A stretch of 64,000 bases of DNA from Eledone cirrhosa (Eukaryota), in the NCBI GenBank assembly GCA_964016885.1, contig OZ024742.1, positions 147,126,001 to 147,190,000 of the forward strand, read 5' to 3'. How positions within the stretch are numbered: position 1 is the first letter of the stretch; every line of letters starts with the position of its first letter. The position numbers and the translations under genes are program-made. Below the pieces are notes generated by a model, which was given only the letters and a program-made list of their open reading frames with translations, was not told the DNA's origin and made no database searches. Shown here in pieces: positions 54,026-64,000 of this stretch.

Positions 54026-54559
54026 CAAAAAAAAAAAAAAAAAAAAAAAAAAACTAGGTTAACCTACTACAAATATTTTTAAAACCCACAAACATACAAA
54101 ACCTCTAAAACTGTTCCCGTATTCTTTTTTTTTTTTTTCATTCTTTTACTGGTTTCAGTATTAGAATGTGTCCATGCTGGGCACCACTTCTATAACTGGT
54201 TTGTTACAAAGTAAAGCTTTAATATTTTAACAAAGGCCCTAAGTTATATACAAGTTACAAAGAATGGCTTTAACACACCTTAACTGCTGTATGAGGGACT
54301 GCAGTTACTTATATAACTAGCTGTAGGATCTGTTACTTATATAACTACAGCTATTAAAGCCAATGGATAGAAACTGAATTAACAGAAGCAATGAGATTTA
54401 TGGCTGTACTGCCTTTAAAAAACATCACTCTCCCTCTAATTCTCTATTGTTAATACACACACACGAAATTTATTTTCAGGAAAGTTCAAATGAGCATGAA
54501 CTATAGTGACATTGAATGTATTTCAATTAATTTAAAAAATAAACTTGATTTTAATATAT

Positions 54560-55924
54560 TTAATATAACTGCAGCTTGTCGTTCTCGCTCTAGAGAGATC
54601 AGCCTTGAGATCAACTTGTCCAAGTCGGAGGTCGTGAACATCAATTACAACACAGAGGGCTTCACAGCCTCCATCAAGGATGTGCAATCATCACTCCAAG
54701 TGCAGGTGACCCCTAAGGAAGAGGCCTTTATCCTCAGCTCACCAATCCTCCCACCTGCCATTCACTTTACCCTCAGGTCCAGACTAAGCCATCTATAATC
54801 CATGACAAGTATACTGAGCCTGATTGACAGCCACCCAACACTCTTTCGGTTGAAGAACTGCTTTGCCATGCCGAAGCTTGTATACAACTTCCACAATGCC
54901 CCCTGCTACAGCCAAGCATCTCTCCTCACAGATCTCGACATTAGCATCTAACGGGCTGCTGAGGAGGTATGCAAGTCCGGTTTGATGACACCAGATGGCA
55001 GCAGGTTACCTTACCCATCAAATTTGACAGCCTCAGTCTCCTGCTCCACAGGCACTGCTTGCTTTCCTTTCATCAGTGACCTCTTGCTATGTCATCAACA
55101 GGGTTCACCACAATACAACTGAACCTTCTGTGATCAAGGAGCATGAGGCAGCCTATGTGACATGGAATTAGCTCAGCCTCTGCCCTGTAAACATCCACCA
55201 CCTCTCCCCTCCACAGACGTCCAATTCCCCCCTAAAGAAATGAGACGCCATCCTTTACAACATGATTTCAGAGTGTGGTTCACCAGCTTGACCAGCACCA
55301 TCTGGTATGTTTCCTCTCGGCCTCCCAACCCCACAGTGGTGCCTGGCTCAACGCAATTCCCTTACTTGTGACTGGCACTCAGCTGAATAGCGACTGCTTG
55401 TGCATTGATGTTTCCCTGAGGCTCGGCCTTCACGTCTGAACTTCATAAATGCAGCTGCAGTACAAATGTGGTTCCTTTCAGTCACCACCTACTGTACAAT
55501 GCTGGCCACCATCCCCACTATGTTGCTCTCAACAAGATCATTGCGATCTCATGGGAAGGGAAGCATGTCCTGGACAGCGCAGGCTTCCCTTCCCAGGACT
55601 GGACCAAGAGGCCAGCAAAAGGTTAGACAACAACACAATCTTCACATCCCATGGGAGTAGGTCCCTCATCTGGGATGCCACATGCTGTGAGACCTACACA
55701 AATGGCAATCTGGTGCGTTCGGCTACCAGCCCAGGCTCTGCTACCCGCCAATCCAAGTACTGGGTCACTCCCTGAGAGGTTTGTGGTAGAGCCTGTAGCA
55801 GTGGAAACTTCCGGTGTTCTTGGTCCCCGGACCACATTTCTACTTATTGCTATCAAAGTGGGGTTGGCCGCCCGCAGGTGCAAGCCCTGCGAGGTAGAAT
55901 AGCTGTTCCAGAATGTCTCCCTCA
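54560..55924 (+). mobile_element. Degraded CRE-like non-LTR retrotransposon (RT thumb, Zn knuckle, RLE)
   Basis: LKNCFAMPKL, WQQVTLPI, AWLNAIP, VSLRLGL, CSC...HH, SLIWDATCCET and EPVAVETSGVLG across frames; GC-rich island. Confidence 0.75.
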
Positions 55925-56124
55925 NNNNNNNNNNNNNNNNNNNNNNNNNNNNNNNNNNNNNNNNNNNNNNNNNNNNNNNNNNNNNNNNNNNNNNNNNNNN
56001 NNNNNNNNNNNNNNNNNNNNNNNNNNNNNNNNNNNNNNNNNNNNNNNNNNNNNNNNNNNNNNNNNNNNNNNNNNNNNNNNNNNNNNNNNNNNNNNNNNNN
56101 NNNNNNNNNNNNNNNNNNNNNNNN
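55925..56124. other. Assembly gap (200 N)
   Basis: Run of N. Confidence 1.
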
Positions 56125-57085
56125 TCTAGCTCGGCCATTGATTCCGCTATGAGTGTCAGGTCGTCTGCGTATAGGAGTTCCCATGGGCAGCCTGTCTTGA
56201 ACTCCTCTGTTATAGCCTGAAGGGCAATAATAAATAGTAGGGGGCTGAGAACAGAGCCCTGATGGACGCCAACTTTTACGCTAAACTCTTCACTATATTC
56301 GTTGTTAATTCTAACCTTGCTGACTGTTTCTTTATACATGGCTTGTATAGCCCTCACAAGCCATTCGTCAACGCCTAGTTTTCTAAGAGCCCACCAGATA
56401 ATGGAGCGGGGGACTCTGTCGAAGGCTTTCTCCAAGTCGACAAAAGATAAGTAGAGGGGTTTACCTTTAGCTAGGTACTTCTCCTGTAGTTGTCGTACTA
56501 TGAAAAGAGCGTCTGTAGTACTTTTGCCTGACACAAACCCGAACTGCATTTCATCTAGGTCAATTCTCTCTCTGATTAGTTGCGCTATTACTTTTTCCGT
56601 GACCTTCATGACCTGGTCGATTAATTTAATGCCTCTATAGTTACTCCTATCTAGGGCGTCTCCTTTACCCTTATAACAGTTAACGATGATGCTGCTATGC
56701 CAGTCCTTCGGAACAACCCCATTCTGTACGACTTGGTTAACTATGCGGGTGACCATGGTGTGTTCCACCGTGCCAGATGCCTTCAGCATCTCAGCAACTA
56801 TTTCCGAAGGCCCAGCCGCCTTACCCGTCTTCATATCCTTGATTGCCTTACTTATTATACTCCCCTCGACTAACACTGCTGGTCCCTCTATTGGGTCGAT
56901 ATGGGTGAGACTGTCTTCTCCCATTTATTCTCCTCATTTAGTAGCCTTTCATAGTGACACTTCCAAGCTACCTTCTTATCAGCGTCGGTGATGGCAAGTG
57001 TGCCATCGTCGTTTAGTACACACTTCTCCCCGACAATATCACGGTTTTCCTTGACGCATTGCCTAGCAATCCTGAAGCACCTCAC
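56125..57085 (-). mobile_element. Young RTE-B copy, 5' truncated, with 3' part lost in the gap
   Basis: Near-identical to 16250-17210; RT core through LLYADD. Confidence 0.95.
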
Positions 57086-62137
<5,052 letters not shown>

Positions 62138-62636
62138 TGGTGGCTGCCAACTCGTTTTCGAGTACGGCCACTACTTTATATCCATGTAGGAGAACCCCTA
62201 CCGATGCGCTGAACGAGTGTGACTTTTTAGTCCAACCAGCGACTTGAAAACTCTGGTACAAACACTACACTTGTGACAATTACTGACACATAGTGCTGGG
62301 CCCATGGTACCATGTGACGACAAGTGCAGAGAGATCTCCAGATATAAAGCAATGCCTGTGCCGTGAAGCTTTTATAGTGAGCAAAGGCACTGCACAAAGC
62401 CAGTCCCACTCTCTTAACCAAGATGATATTTACCAAAAAGAAGAACAAGTCAGCATCATTGGATACCATCAGGGTTGCAGGTGTTATATCAGAGTTTTCC
62501 TTCTCCTAGAATTCTGCCTTGACAAAGGCTAAGGGGTCATCTCTCCCGGTGATTTTGGATGGCCATTGACTCTTAAGAGCTCCTTTGCCCTTTGACAGGT
62601 TTTGTTTTTAGTCCTGCAGGATGTCCAAAGTCACCC
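62138..62636 (-). mobile_element. Second, 5'-truncated copy of the 31461-32034 element
   Basis: Near identity with the same tggtggctgcc end; carries an extra 26 bp. Confidence 0.85.
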
Positions 62637-62839
62637 ACATATATATACATATATATACATACATACATATATATATATACATATATATACATACATACAT
62701 ATATATATATATATACATATATATACATACATACATATATATATATACATACATATATATATATACATACACATATATATATACATATATATACATACAT
62801 ACATATATATACATACATACATATATATACATACATACA

Positions 62840-62871
<32 letters not shown>

Positions 62872-63006
62872 CATATATATATATACATACATATATATAT
62901 ACATATATATACATACATACATATATATATACATATATATACATACATACATATATATACATACATACATATATATATATACATACATACATACATATAT
63001 ACATAC

Positions 63007-63093
<87 letters not shown>

Positions 63094-63566
63094 CATACAT
63101 ATATATACATATATATATACATATATATATATATACATATATATACATATATATACATACATACATATATATATATATATACATACATATACATATATAT
63201 ACATATACATATATATACATATATATACATATACATATATATACATATACATATATATACATATATATATATACATATATATATATACATATATATATAT
63301 ACATATATATATATACATATATATATATACATATATACATATACATATATACATATACATATATATATATACATATATATATATATACATATACATATAT
63401 ACATATACATATATATATATACATATATATATATACATATATATATATACATATATATATATACATATATATATATACATATATATATATACATATATAT
63501 ATATACATATATATATATACATATATATATATACATATATACATATATATATATATACATATATAC

Positions 63567-63635
<69 letters not shown>

Positions 63636-63648
63636 CATATATATATAC

Positions 63649-63695
<47 letters not shown>

Positions 63696-63696
63696 C

Positions 63697-63743
<47 letters not shown>

Positions 63744-63744
63744 C

Positions 63745-63791
<47 letters not shown>

Positions 63792-63817
63792 CATATATAC
63801 ATATATATACATACATA

Positions 63818-63858
<41 letters not shown>

Positions 63859-63925
63859 ACATACATATATATACATATATATATACATATATATATATAC
63901 ATATATACATATATATACATACATA

Positions 63926-63980
<55 letters not shown>

Positions 63981-64000
63981 ACATACATATATATACATAC
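62637..64000. repeat. TA/TACA microsatellite running to the window end
   Basis: Direct reading. Confidence 0.95.

Noticed and set aside
55623-56924. 433-aa ORF spanning RT and a novel C-terminus
   Set aside because: Reads through the N gap, joining unrelated elements

Overview
Very AT-rich, repeat-dominated animal genomic DNA. The tRNA-SINE families, RTE LINEs with (GAT)n tails and huge TA/TACA microsatellites suggest a cephalopod such as Octopus (inference from family recognition, not a search). Only two plausible host exons are visible (minus strand, 7307-7578 and 8028-8132); most of the window is probably intron or intergenic. The rest is a dense mobile-element record: five young RTE LINE copies of two subfamilies (one near full length), older RTE pieces, restriction-like-endonuclease LINE remnants (CRE-like, R4/Dong-like), Penelope-like remnants with a minimal hammerhead ribozyme, two maT (DD37D) transposons, TTAA-flanked piggyBac-type MITEs, a Helitron-like element, many SINEs, three minisatellites and a 200-N gap. 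All long I/Y/H/C/M/V-rich ORFs are microsatellite artefacts. Most notable: a C4HC3 PHD-type finger inside the RTE reverse transcriptase, a 916-bp near-perfect palindrome next to a hammerhead, recurrent foldback inversions at TA tracts, and a short non-autonomous RTE-derived element in two copies. I found no clearly new host system.
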